Positions 12,401-25,735 are shown, counted from the whole stretch's first letter. The stretch is DNA of 58,655 nucleotides, filler included, from Bipalium vagum (GCA_037834085.1; 3 parts of 3 records of this genome joined end to end with filler, not necessarily neighbours in it), one strand, 5' to 3'. Numbers and translations: made by a program. Notes: generated by a model from the letters alone, not told the origin.

Positions 12401-15400
12401 CTGTCCCAATTTCAAAATATCATAAGAATTTTAAGTAATTATTTAGAAAAGAAAATTATATTGGAATACAAATAATTATGAACGGAGATAAATTTCGTAC
12501 AATTTATGTTCCATATTGGTAATCAATAACAGTGACATAAGCTTGTAACATTCGAAATCAATGAGAGTATGCATCATATTCATATACATTTCAGATTTAA
12601 AATTTTCTAAATTTCTTTGAGGTTTAGTTCAAATCTTCTCTAAAATTACCGCATCTATCCAGAAGCTCTGAAAAGGACTAATATATTTACTAATAATATT
12701 TACACATAAAACTATTCTTTAGTAATCTTAGATTTATGAGGTGGTGCAGGCTCCTACTGGAATATACAATTTACACTGCCGTGCAAATTTTCTTGAACAC
12801 TAATTTTTATAGAGAAAAAGGCGTAAAAAAGAAAAAAGCGAAAGTTTACATGTTTAGAGATGTTAAATGTTCAGGGAATAAGAATAATACAAGTGTAATA
12901 TCACAGACAATTTACAGATAGTACAGAGTTTTTAGTTAGTTACTTATTCTCATAATAAATGGGCATTTTTATGAAAATATTTCATTTGTTGGTATCATCT
13001 TTTTTATTAATGATTTTACCTTAATCTATAATAAAAGATATTTGTTATTGTTTTATTATTGTTTCTGGTTGTGAATATTTAAAAAAAAATCTTTGTAAAT
13101 CATATTCAATTATTCCACAGTTAGAACCATATCATAATGAGTAAGGTAATAGTTAAGTTCTAAAAAAATTGTACATGCGAATTTTTACAGGAAATGCTAC
13201 CCAAAGTTAATCTTGATCATAAGTGTTGGTTACTGCGACGTTATCAACAGTTTCCGAATTCATAAAGTCAAGATTTGGTAACATGTTAATTCGATGAAAA
13301 TAATTGTATCGTTTGGATAAGTGTCTTCTTTTTATTATTTACTTAAACAAATTAAATATCTAAAAATTTTATTAACATTAATTTAATTAATTACATTTTG
13401 AAAGAAACCATTTAAATTACTTAAAATTATTTAAAAATGTGGACAATTTTTTTGACCTATTGCAATATTGTAGATCAAACTATACACATTAGGTGATGAG
13501 CTGGTCATTTTCCACACATGGGATAAAAATAGGTCATTTTTGACACATTCCATAAATTAAACTTAAATTAAGATTATTTTATACAATAATTATTGTATGC
13601 AACATATTAATTCAACCAGTAGGATGAAATTATAGCCCTTAATGAATGAAGATTAAATATGGTTTATTCAGTATTCAAAGTAATAGAGAATATAAAAATA
13701 ATAAAGATGGAGCAGGTTTAGAGCTTAAGGGCAGAAGGATTTATGCGTAAATGATTTTTGATCGAATAAAACAATAAAATGGAATTCAAATATACAAAAT
13801 TTTATTTATATTAAATGAAAATCTTAATATTTTTAATTTACAATAACCATAGTGATTGCTATAATAGCAATCCTCTTTAATAAGGCTTCCCCAAATTTTC
13901 GGATTATTAAAGGAAAGAAATTTTTTCGCACTGATATAAATATCAGTGTCTCAAATGCCCTCAAAGAAATGTGATCCAATATCCTAATTGGTATGTGAAC
14001 GACGAACAAAAAAGAATCTGGATCTGAAGTAAAGAAATGAACAACAAAAATGATATGATTTTGGACTAAACCAAAACATTTACTTTAAAGAATTAATTAA
14101 ATAATTGTGTAACTCACAATAATTACCAATTTAATTGTTTGATTTTAAATTATGTTATTTAATTAATAAAATTTGTGTAATTCGCAAGAATTACCAATTT
14201 TATAATACGTTTACAATAAATTTTAAAATGAATACTTGTTAATATTTTAACAAGGTATTCGACAATAGATATTAAATAATAAATAGATCCAATTTCTTAC
14301 TATTGGCATAAAAATACAAATTTTCTTTTATAAAATATTTGTTTGTCTATAGTATAAATTTTCTGGTTTTTATATTGATTTTTTAGCTGAGTTGTCTCGT
14401 GCTGAATTGCTGATCGGTTGCTGATCGGTAGCTGATCCTAGTACTGAATTTTGTTTATTTTTTACTTTCTGGCCTGGTCTTATTAAAGTTTTGTACTTAT
14501 ATACATAATTTTCTAATATTACTTTTATAAATAGTAAATATTATTTTCCATAATTAATAATTTTATATTTATTTTAATATATATTTACTAATAATATTTT
14601 TCATTTTATCTTAAAATCTATTTTTATTAATTTCTACTTACTATTTTATTTTTTTGTAATATTTTTATATATTTTTGTTTCAATACATATATTATTCTAT
14701 AATAATAATTATTATTATAATTATTTATTTATATTTTATTTTCTTTTTTAATTTGGGTAAAATCTCTTTTAAAATATGAATACAAAAATACAAAATAATA
14801 TCAAAGTTTTGTACAATTGTCATTTTGGAGATTTTTGAAATCTCCACAATTTTGATAAAAACTCTATCTTGTTAGGTGGTTCAAACAAAATAGTTCAGAT
14901 TAAAGAAACGATTTTAAACCACAAGACTAAGGCTCATCGACCAAGGTGCTCATCTAACCAATACTGGGCCTTAGTAATAGCAGATTGCAGCTATAGGCCT
15001 GAGAAATTTGAACCAAAAATTATATCTTTCCAATCATACACAGAATGGTTAGACAAGGCAGAACACTATACACTGATGATGCAATAGTATATCATAACTT
15101 AAACAAAACATTTATAAATGAATCGGTTTTTTATAAATATCAGTTTGTTGATTATGTCCACAATGTCCACAATCAGAGAGTCGAAAGCTGCAACAACAAG
15201 ATCAAAGAACTTCAAGAATTTATGTGGTTATAATATCATAATAGCTTTGAAGAAACTATGAATTTTTTAATAGAAAGATAGTTTTTCGTGTCAATTTTAT
15301 CTTTCTTGTTGACATTGGTTTTTTATTGTAGGTCAATAAAAACAACATGGGTAATTTTGTAGGTCAGAAAAAAATCCATGGGTATTTCTATAGGTCATAA

Positions 15401-16438
15401 AAAATATTGTCCAAAAAATTATTTTACATAAAGGATTAAATTTTAATACATCACTTTAAAATTTATTTTAAAAATATTTATTATTTTTTTATTATTAAAT
15501 ATTAATTAAAATTTAATTCTTACAATAAGAAAAAGATGATTATAAATTCTTATTGATCTGGTGGGTTTTCTCTTAGAAAAATTTCAAGGAAAATAAATAT
15601 TCAAAAAGCAGCAGTAGTCTATGCAATTCAGGATATAGTGAAAAAAAAGGATGGAAAAAAATCCCGTCTTCTCAGGTACATTGTTGGAATATGAGTGGAA
15701 TAGTTTAGGATCATCCAAACTTGAAAAATCTTATAAGCCTAATCGCCAAAGTCGTGTTGACAGCAAATGACGGGTTATTCGATGTAAAACAAATATGATG
15801 ATTTTATTTTGAACTCTTCGTAATAATCTATCCATGTTATTTTCATTTTCTATAATAAATAATTAATAAATGTTGAATATATAAATATTTCATTGTATCC
15901 ATATTTTAGTTTTCACTGACTTCAAAGTTTTAAAAAGATTTTGTTAAAAGAAAATTATAATATTCAATGTCTAAGAACTATTTCACGGTAGTGTATATTT
16001 TTTAAACATTATTGAATCTAGAGATTTAATTAAATTTTTGATATTCTTTAGTCCCGGTTTTGATACCTTTCATACAATAAATATACATTAGAGGTAATGG
16101 AGAAATATATACCAAACAAACATCATTTATGAGAATTGATATAGTCCAACCTTAGTGACAAGAAGATGCAAGACACTAACTTAATAATGTGGAAGGCCGT
16201 GATAACAACTTGCTAAAATATTTGAGTGCTTTAGAAAGTGATGTTTCTACGGAAGATAAATAACGTCCTCTACAAATTAAATTTGATTTGACTTTTTTTA
16301 TTTTACTGTGTAGATTGTGATGCCATTAATGATGACAGAATTTATTCTACATGTTTATATGCAAAGGATCTAGGAGACGTTGGATTGTATTCGTTGTCTT
16401 CCTCGATAATTATATTTCTATCAAAGAAAACGGGTTAG
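3408..16438 (+). CDS. CLCA: Calcium-activated chloride channel regulator (CLCA)-family secreted protein; exons 3408-3566, 3605-3911, 5307-5415, 5627-5762, 6012-6129, 7065-7174, 7512-7730, 9361-9624, 11721-11948, 11995-12298, 16314-16438 (692 aa if the stop is real)
   Basis: All introns are GT-AG and phase-consistent (2079 nt total). Features in order: signal peptide MNFLFLLIFLTV; CLCA_N motifs ASMALFRAT, FGKVFIIVPNTW, NADIII, EPFTIQNDECGEPGEVI, EFVKFRYGVFSEE; Cys-rich SIMF..FCDNDHRPHN..HNYKCDGSSIAEVILRHEDF; a vWA-like segment; MLDNGL-DCDAINDDRIYS..GLYSL matching the CLCA LLDNGAGAD..DDGVYS..GRYSV motif. The 3' end is less certain because GT at 16434 could be a donor. Confidence 0.85.
4053..5238 (-). 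mobile_element. Decayed Tc1/mariner-superfamily element (DD41D/rosa-like) in CLCA intron 2
   Basis: Imperfect TIRs TA|CAGAGTGCGGCAAAAG and TTTTGACCGCATCCTG|TA. Minus-strand remnants IFQQG.., SPSSPD.., L*EVLKNLVYSLKP. Confidence 0.65.
6372..6920 (+). mobile_element. 5' mariner (DD34D) fragment in CLCA intron 5
   Basis: TTAGGTT terminus. Remnants VPHKLSETDKLNRMNIA and FLDRLVTRIEKLIL resemble mariner WVPHEL and FLDRIVTGDEKW. Confidence 0.7.
8042..9081 (-). mobile_element. Internally deleted mariner inside the hAT element
   Basis: TIRs TA|TCAAGTAACAAAAAAGTTCT and AGAACTTTTTTTGTTACCTA..A|TA. Minus-strand ETIQANPTIRTDELSKLFNTSQTIGNYLHDLGY and DFYKEDIYRFFKRWEQI. Confidence 0.72.
8811..9078. mobile_element. 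pogo/Tc2-like MITE inserted into the mariner TIR
   Basis: TIRs CTGTAAAATCCTGAGTATAAGCTGCAG and CTGCAGCTTATACTCGGGATTTTACA; TA on both sides; internal repeats of (TA)AGCTGCA. Confidence 0.8.
10157..11380 (+). mobile_element. Full-length decayed mariner (DD34D) in CLCA intron 8
   Basis: TIRs TTAGGTTGTAAAGAAAAATAACGG and CCTCCATTTTTTTCTTTACAACTTAA; about 1.22 kb. Frameshifted motifs YVQNWFQRFKNGDEDI, RIVTCDEKWILFDN, LLHDNARPH. Confidence 0.9.
12774..15993 (+). mobile_element. Decayed Tc1-like element split by a Merlin insertion, CLCA intron 10
   Basis: TIRs TA|CACTGCCGTGCAAATTTTCTTGAACA and TGTCTAAGAACTATTTCACGGTAGTG|TA. Tc1-like remnants at about 15560-15790 (SLRKISRKINIQKAAVVYAI; AKVVLTANDGLFD). 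Confidence 0.65.
13441..15412 (+). mobile_element. Merlin (eukaryotic IS1595/ISXO2-like) DNA transposon, inactive
   Basis: GG..CC termini with TIRs GGACAATTTTTTTGACCTAT and ATAGGTCATAAAAAATATTGTCC; three TAGGTCA subterminal repeats at the right end; degenerate 8-bp TSD (AAAAATGT/AAAAAATT). Transposase remnants at 14869-15233: LGGSNKIVQIKETILNHKTKAHR, TLYTDD, YQFVD..VHNQRVESCNNKIK. Confidence 0.82.
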
Positions 16439-16569
16439 ATTTTGGTTTATATTTTGATAGTTTTATTTTATCATCCGACTGATTGGATTCTTATACCTTT
16501 CATCGTTTTGTATTTTCGAAAAAGTATATTATTATATTGTTTTTAACTTTTTCTAATTTCGGAATCCAA

Positions 16570-17430
16570 TTGATGAAGTCTTGTTAAATTTTTAGGAAGA
16601 AAAAGATAAAAAAGATTATAAATTTTTTTCAATAGGTATTTTTATGATTGGACTGTTATTGAAAAATACTCAATTTTTTTTAATTCTTTCAGAAACTTCA
16701 TGTCCAAATCCATTACCATAAGTTAAATTCTCTTTCAGTCATCCACGAATTGTTGAAATTTCTTTTAATTTTTTGAAATTTCTTAAATTTCGAGGTATTT
16801 TATGACAAATTTCTTTTCCGAACCATATTGCGATCTTTATATTTTATAATTCTATATCTGATTTTTGAAACAAGAATTTGGGACGATGCAAGTTTATAGA
16901 ATAGAACAGTTTCGTTAAAATTGAAAATGTCAGATGGGTTATATGTAGCGGCTTTTCTTTCAAAATCCAAAATAAAATCATCGTAATTAACTTTCCGTAA
17001 AATACTTTTTTGAAGCCTTTACCACTGAAAATTCTTTGTATTATGTTTTAAAATTTTTAAACTATTTATTTGATCTTTAAAATTTGTTGTGAAGAGTGAA
17101 TAATTTCAACATAAATAAATATATTAGATTACATTTTTAATGTTTTGTTTGTAATACAACATAGTTATAAATCCCACGATTCATTTCGACCATGTCAACC
17201 CATTCTTTTCATCTGCAATCAATTTCTTTAACTTTAATATTTTTCAATTGATTTCAAATTATCATTGGTCGAAAATGCTACGGTACTCATCTAAATAATT
17301 CTTAATTGATCTTTAATTTCCTTGAAAACTTGAGTGAAAATATTTCCGACACTCACTTATACTTTGTCCTGCAATTTTTGTCAAAATATTCTAATTTTTA
17401 GCAGCGATATCAACAAAATCAGTCATATTT
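16570..17430 (-). mobile_element. pogo/Tigger (CENP-B-like, DDE_1) transposase remnant
   Basis: Minus-strand EWVDMVE.., YNPSDIFNFNETVLFYKLA..KDR and NNSWMTEREFNLW, with many stops. Confidence 0.7.
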
Positions 17431-17465
17431 TGAACATTATATTTTTAATGCTTTCTAAAACAAAT

Positions 17466-17760
17466 ACAATGGGACCTATCAAAAGTGACCACCTCTATTA
17501 AATTGATCATAATTAAATTTTGTTAAAGTAAGGCTAAATGTCTAGTACAAACTTTTAAAATAATATCAATAAAAGGTGACCGGTAAATATTTTTTTAAAT
17601 AGTGATAAATAACATGTTTTGAATTTATGATAAGATTTAATTAAAATGGGGAAATTAAATAATAATCAGAAAAAAGAAATACTTGAAAGACTATTACAAA
17701 AAAATTGATAACAAAGAAAATTGGTTGCAAAATATGATATAGTCCTCGTCAAGTTTATTG
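17466..17760 (+). mobile_element. 5' end of a second pogo/Tigger-like element
   Basis: TACAATGGGACCTATCAAAAGTGACCACC TIR-like start; MGKLNNNQKKEILERL..LVAKYDI resembles the CENP-B/psq HTH. Confidence 0.5.
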
Positions 17761-17852
17761 AACACTTGACATTTAGCTTTAAAATCTTTGTTATATAATA
17801 GCAATTATAATTGCATCGATATTTATGAAAACATGAATAATAAACGTTAAAT

Positions 17853-17952
17853 NNNNNNNNNNNNNNNNNNNNNNNNNNNNNNNNNNNNNNNNNNNNTTAA
17901 TTAATTAANNNNNNNNNNNNNNNNNNNNNNNNNNNNNNNNNNNNNNNNNNNN
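17853..17952. other. Artificial contig linker (44 N + TTAATTAATTAA + 44 N)
   Basis: Exactly 100 bp; the 12-mer has stops in all six frames; identical to the second gap. Confidence 0.97.
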
Positions 17953-19249
17953 TTAATATTACTATTTTATTATTAAATATTTTTAAGAAAAAACTCAAGT
18001 TCGAATATTTTGAAAAATTTTAATTTTAATTTTTGCGATTTTTATTTATTAATAATAATACTTTAGAGAAATAATTATTATCTTTTGAAATTTTTTAAAC
18101 TTAATAATGTCTACAAAACTGGAAGTTCTTATCATTATTACGTCTATTGAATATATAATTCCTCATTAAGAAAATTTTATAAAAAAAATAATAATTTAAC
18201 TACAAAATATTTTCTTATTAAATAAAATAAAATAATTTATTATTTTATAATTGGTTTTTTATTAAATATGTAATAAATAAAAGCAGGAAATTCGCAAATA
18301 AGAAATAATTTTGGCTTTCAAAAAAAGTAAAATGCTCTGAATTACATTTACCATGACATTTTAATTATTGACAATAATTGTCTTAATTTGATTTATTTAT
18401 TTTAATTCTTGATAACATCATAATTGGTAATTTAATTTTCAAATAAAAAGTATACAACCCATCTAATTCAACTTCTGTATCACCGTAAAGCAGCGTTTGT
18501 TTAAATTAGAAGACATTAAAGATTATTATTCACCTTGCGAATCCCCATAGTGGGACCATAATGATTTGGATGACTTTAACCTTAACTATCAATTTAACGT
18601 TGAAGAGTCATACCTTAAATTGTATCCAGCTGAAAAGTCATCTGAATTTTGGTTTCTATATCAAATAAGGATAATCGTTCCTTATTTTTTGTATAAAAAT
18701 GATTTATTCTCCAAAAAAGGATTAATGGACCAGAAAAACTAATATCTTTAATTCATTTTTTTCTTCAAAATAAAACTTATTTAAAATAAATATTCTTGAA
18801 CAATTTGACTGTGAACATTGCAAAGTTTTTCTTAAAAAATATTTCATCAACAGTTTATAATAACAATTTTATTAATTCATGAACATTTCGTTGTGGTTAT
18901 AGATTTATTAATAAATGAAAATTTATGAGTTATAATTAAATTAATTAATCTAATTATATTTTTAAATTTATATTTACTATTATTTGATATAAATGTTACA
19001 TGCTCAGATAAATTAGTTTGCTATTTCCTTTATAGTAATAAATAATAATAATAATAATAATAAACATATTTCCATTCATGTTTTCTCTCTTTCTCTCGTT
19101 GTTGGAATAGAGGAGAGTTACTAATTTTACTGATAAGTATAATAAATGATAAATTTCCTATTTCACCAAATTAAAAACATGACTTTTTAAAATCTAAGTG
19201 CAACAAAACTATTATAGCTAGAAATACTTCCTCTCTTTGCTAAATAAGT

Positions 19250-19520
19250 AACTTAAATAATTGTTAACATTTCTGATATCTCTCGTTGTTCCACAATTTT
19301 TAAGATAAGACCACTATAGCCGTCCAGTGCGACTTGAGTCGTGGACAGGAAAACAATTTTAAAAACCATTTGTGATAAGATCTTTCAGTTGCCTCATCCT
19401 CTCCATAAATATTTTTCATTTGTGCTTGATTAGGAATTTTTTCTGGTGTTAAACAAAATATTGATATAATGAATATGTTCTATATCACCTAACATATTGA
19501 AATTTCTTTACTAGACTATT
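19250..19520 (-). mobile_element. mariner N-terminal (HTH) fragment
   Basis: Minus-strand KNIYGEDEATERSYHKWF resembles mariner VYGEDAVSERTVRRWF. Confidence 0.55.
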
Positions 19521-20046
19521 TGAATATTTTGATACATGTTCTGATAAAACAAAATGACTTATGAAAAAATAATAAGAAAAACTTCAAATAATAAGTTAAT
19601 TAATAAGTTGAAACAAGTTGACTCTTAATGCAAAAAATCAAAAAGGTTTCTGTTCGACCCAAAAAATAATGAATCCGAACTCTAATTTTTAATTTAATTA
19701 ACTAATAATTTACCTATTGTACTTGACTTCTAATTTAATTTATAATGGATTTCAAAATTTAATTTCATTAGTAACCCAAAATTCATATGCGGGACTAATT
19801 CTAGTCAAATTTCCATAAAACAACATTGTACGTTATATATTTTCTAAATTTTTGTAAGACCAAATTAAAATTTGTAGAAATTTATTTACTGTCAAATTTA
19901 AGTATTAAAATAATATTTTTAAAAAATTAAATCAAAATACTCATGATTTCTATTGGTTGTTAATCAACTAATCAGAAACGACGTTTTTTAATTATCTATT
20001 TTAATACCTTCTCAAAAATCAATGATCATCATCAAATATTTTCAAA

Positions 20047-23000
20047 ATGTCTTTTGAAACTTGCTTAAGTACAATAATCATTATTTTTGTCATTTATTAT
20101 CCAGAAGTTGATACCCGTAAAGATCTGGTTCTACCAGGTGAGAAGCATCTTGATGGGGTACCAAAATTCATTCTGCAGCCTCAATCTGTGTACTATGTAG
20201 CAAAAAATAAACCGGTCACAATAACTTGCATTGTACAACCCGTGTCACATGTTAACATTGTCTGCGCTGATAAGCAATATTCGTATATGAATGAAGAAGT
20301 GTCCGCAACTGGACTGATGGTCGTCAAAATGGATAGCGAAGGTCGACCGAACACAAAGGGCACAAGATGGAAATTTTCTCTGGAAGTTAAGCATAAAGAT
20401 GTCGTCGAATGGTTCAGCGAATATAAATGCTATTGTGAGGCTTGGAATCCAATTGAACAGCTACAGAAGGTGAAGAAGGTCGAGAGTAACCCAGCTATCA
20501 TTTATGAATCTTGTAAGCTTTATTATTATAAATGAAAATCATAATATCCATAGTGTAAATGTGTTCAACCAAACTAGTAAAACATAAAATTTTATATGCA
20601 GTAATAAGTTTTATTATTATGTTTTGTGAAAGAATAATAATAATAATAAACCTTGAATATTATCAATATTATTAAACCAATAATTAATTTTATTAATTAC
20701 GCAATTCTGAATAAAGTGAAAAATAAGTTTTCTTGTGCCATAAATTAAAAATATTTTTTCTAAATGTTTTTTTCATTTTATAAAATTAATAAATTTAATT
20801 TTTTAATTTCCAAAAATTATTAATAATTTAATGAGAAAAGAGATTCTGTGAACATATGTTGAGCAATACTTGTTTAATTAAAACAATTAATTAATCTTTT
20901 AATAAATGTTATTTGAATTTTGTTTTTCAATTTTTATCTTATGTTAAATTATATTTCCAGGGAATTAATACAGTTTTACTATAATAATAAAAAATGTGAA
21001 ATGCAGTCATTACATATAAAAAATAAATTATTTCTGAAAAGTACGATATTGATGAGAAAAATTATTACGGAAATAATTTTGCTTGAGTCATAATGCAATT
21101 TTTTCTGGCCTCTTGCAAAACAGTACAGTTTCATTAAAAAAACTCAGATCCATCCATCCTCTCCCAATGCGTACATAAATATCATCGATCAAACAAACAA
21201 ATGCCATTTTTTCAGAGTACTCTGCAATGCTAATTTTGCCGTAGACTAAAAAATGCATTCTACTTAAAGCAGTCAATTAAATGGTTTAACGTTTTTTTCT
21301 GTTTCCAACTCTGTTTTAAGTGTACATTTCTTGATATAATGGCGATCAATAAACATAGTATATTAATGTCAACGTTTTTTCTTCTTTGTACAACTATTGA
21401 AACTAATCAATATTTGCTTTTATCTCTGTATTATGAAAACTGGTTGTCATTTCATCATTCTTCCATATGGCTCTTCTTCATGTACCAGTTTGATCAGAAA
21501 ATAATGAAGCGTGAAATGATGATGAATTTAACTATTTGTTTGTTTTGATAAAATAAAAAGGTAAATCTGGAAATCCAATTTATGTTTATCCCTAAGACCG
21601 CCTAAACTAAAGAGATTTATTAAATGCCCATTCAAAAGGCCTAAAAATGATAATGGTCTAATGAACACAAAATTTGCCACTACGGCAATTCTCCATTTCG
21701 TCATTAAAATCTGACGCTTGAATAGTAAAGCAAATCGTTTGACATTTTGCCGTACCTTATAGACCTTGTGATGCGCACTACTTCAACTGACATGAGTGCT
21801 ATTTGGAGCCAGAATTTTGGAACGCCAGGCTTTAAGTGTTTTTTAGATTAGCTTACTTAGAATATTTTATCATTATGATTTTTATATTTTTTATTTTAAA
21901 TTTTCAAGAATTTAATAAAGGTAAAGGAAACAAGGTATTATAATCAAAAATATTATAAATAAAAAAGTAAAAATTTAATTGTCATTCTATGGGATTTTTC
22001 AATTTAAGACAAATAAATTAAATAATTTTGATGATAGTACAAAAATTGCAATACAAAAATTATAACTTATATTTATATTTTATTTTGTATTTAATTAAAA
22101 AATAATAAATAATTTATATAGAATATTTCAATAACTTAAAAGATAATATTAATATAAAATTAAATAAATATTTTTAAAAAGAACTGAAAATCATTCAGTA
22201 TGGTAAATTTATTATTGTTTTTTATTATTTACTTTTATTCAAAAAATCTATGAACGTTAAATTTAGTAATTTTTATATATTGATTATTCAAATAATTAAT
22301 AATCATTAATAATAATAATAATATTAATTATTGTTTTCATAATTTGTTTTTATTTATTGGATTCGATGGGGAAAACTCCCAAGTTCAAATTAAAAAAATT
22401 TATTCAGAGAATAATCGTATTGATCTTAGGAATGTTGAATGGAAATTAATCCATTGGCAGACTTGAAATATACATGATTTAATTAGTTACATGCAAAGTA
22501 GTACGGAATCTCTCGTTCAAATGTATTAATTATTTCCGAGATTCCTTCTATATAAAATCTAGTTGAAAAACATTGTCATTGTGTCTAATCATTTATGTCA
22601 AAGTAAATGAATTCAATTAATTTTTCAAATGAAAAATAAATTTTAATTATAAAAAATTTTTGCAACTGATAATCTCTGTAACGTTTTTTCAATAAAAAAA
22701 ATAAAACAAAATATTTCCAGGGAAAAAAATATTAGAAAATCTGACAGATGGTTATTATTAATTTTTGCATGAAAAATTTATAATTGTCATTAAAAAAAAT
22801 ATTATTTTTTAAAAAAAGAGGCTAATTAATATAAAATTAATTGAAATGCAAAAAGGAGAACAACATAAGAAAAATAAATTAATGATTTTTTTTTCCAACT
22901 ATAAACAATCAAATTGACAAATAATTAAGAAAAAATAAAATTAAAAGAGAAAAAACAAAAATATTAATGCCTGTTGTTATTGAATCCATTTGGTAATGCC

Positions 23001-25683
23001 GAACGGATTAAATCGTAACATTTACCAAACAAAATTTATGACTCCAACATTGCAAATGTCAAAGAACCAGCAGAAATTATAATTTTCAAGGAAATTTTTA
23101 TTATCGTTTTTATCACCCAGTGGACGGTATATTGTTTACACAAGAAATCGCTACATGCCATTTTGAATAGTGGCATTAGGCGAAATTATAAACGTTCGTC
23201 CATGATCCCCATTCGGAATGTAAATGTCATAATAAGAGTGGATTAGTTACTGTAGAATCAGATAAGTGGAAAATTTCTTTATTACACGGGGTAATTTTGA
23301 TGGACTCTCCACTAATTCACGACAACTGTATATTTGTGATGACTGGGTTCAAGCAAGGGGTGGATTTTTGCATTAGTCGAAATTTGATTATTTATTAATT
23401 TAATAAAATTTATGTATATCATAATTAGTATTGTTAATTGATATGAACTTAAAACTGCAGACATTAATAAAGAATTCAAAACTGTTCCAAAAAGTCAGGA
23501 GGTCCCAGTGAGAGGAAATTTTAAGTTGTCATGCATACCACCAGACGCCAAGCCACCAGCTGAAGTAAGATTTTTATTTTTATTTTGTTTTTATGCACAA
23601 GAATTATTTTTAAAATTCCTTTCAACATCTCAAGAATAACGCAAAAATATGGATATTTTCGTGGATTTTTACATGATTTTTTAAACGGAAATTAAATTTA
23701 GTGAATTTTGTTTATGTCGAAAAGTTCAAGTTAATTTCTAAGTCTGTCAAAATAGTTATTAACTGAAAAACCTCCAAAGCAAAAGCTAATAATATAAATA
23801 ATTAGTATTTACTTTCGACTTTATTTATCTAGCACCATGATTCATGTTTGACAGGACTTGCCAGACGTTCAGAAAAAATAAAGGGCGCCCTAATACCATA
23901 TCCTGAGCAGATTCGTCTAATGATAAGAAATTTGATAAACAAAATCTTTGGTAATAATTGTTCTCGGCTTGTTCTGTATTGAAGGTGGTTTTTTGAACGA
24001 TTTGTGTTTAAGCGTTTGAACGCAAAATCCATGGGTATCAGAAACCAAACCGAAATAGGCGTTGTTGCACATGAATAAATTTGAAACCAAACATTTTTGC
24101 TAATTGATTTGTTATTTGATAAGAATAATATACAGCTTATTCCTAATTGGTACGAGATGGAAATGTCGTGCCGCTTCACTGAATTCAATAAAAGTATGTT
24201 ACGTAATAACACAAAACGAAATGAGTCAGTAAATATTTTATAATTGATCAATATTTCAGCATAAATAAAAATATTTCTATTATTTTTCGATTAATTATTA
24301 TATTATATGATTAATTATATATTTATCTAATTATTTAAACTATTTAATCATTTTTTTATTTATTTTTTTTAAATAGATTAATTAAATAACAGGTTATTAA
24401 TTAATAATTTATTCCTATTGTTTTTTTTATAAATAATTATAATTATTTTTTTAGTAGTCTATCATTTTTTAATTTTGGATATTATTTTTAAAGAAAACTG
24501 ATATTTATATTTTTTATATTATTATTAATTATTATATTAACTTTATATTTATATATTTCTAAATTATTATATTTATGATAAGTGTTATTATTTGGTTTTT
24601 ATGTTTTGAAGAAGACATTTCTATTTCATGTGCTGTCAATTTTCAGTATCGTATTTGTAATATAATTTGATAAAACAGTGCATTCTAAATTATGATAGAC
24701 AGGCAAATTTTCTTTTAAAATGTAAAAAATTAATTATATAAGACATTATTATAATAGGAACATAAAATTTGCGATGATAAATAATTATATTTATGTTTCA
24801 AATCAACTTTCGCTTTATTCAACCAAATCATGGATAGTGTCGACATCGAAACGGAAAAAAACATTCAATTAAAACAACCCTGGGTTCATACTGGATCATG
24901 AGAATATTAATATAGTATATTTGAATGAATTTGTCATATCAAATGGGCCTAATTATTGCTATCAGGCTAATTAAATAATTTATAAAATTAGTTTAACCTT
25001 ATTTTTACAATGATTCAGTATAAGTTATGACCTTCGTAAAAATACCCCAATTATATTTCATTTCACTCAATTATTTTTTGTCAAGACTCTTGAACGTTGT
25101 CGATCTTGTTTGTCACTATTTGTCATATGAAGTTGGTTTTCATGGTTTGTCAATTAAACTTTTGGTGAAAAAATTTCCCTCGCAAAATCGTCTGACCTTA
25201 TCTCGTTTGAGAATGATTTCCAGGAGTCAACATTTATCCATGGATGATTTACTTTATTTTTACAAGGAGATTATAATTATAGTTATTTTCTTGTTATTTT
25301 AACATTGTTGATTCGTTAATGTTTAATTTCAATAGATTTTTGCTTTGACAAATCTGTCTATTCAAAAGGGATTTTTAAAAATATTAAAATATTGAATTTT
25401 ACCATTTTTATTGTTAAGTTACCCATTGTATCATATTTCCATTGTTTTATTTGAATTTAATGTATATAATGAAATTTATTGTTTCATTATTTTGCACGAC
25501 GTTTTTGTATTTCTTGGCAAGGCCGTATATGGTTTTTGTTTAATTTAACAAAATAAGGTTTTTTTGCAGAAATATCGAAAAGTAATTTTATTATTCATCG
25601 CGTGGATTATAATTTTTAACGTGCCTAAAATTTTATTATTTTAATTAATAATAAAAAACTATACAGATATTATTTCAATATCA

Positions 25684-25735
<52 letters not shown>

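Noticed and set aside
17897-17908. TTAATTAATTAA palindrome as a biological motif
   Set aside because: It is centred in N runs and repeated identically at 35058-35069, so it is an assembly spacer.
21060-24251. ORFs 21088-21276, 21339-21548 and 23829-24251 as nested genes in unc-5 introns
   Set aside because: No domain, no splice support, and stop-riddled neighbouring frames; probably unclassified transposon debris.
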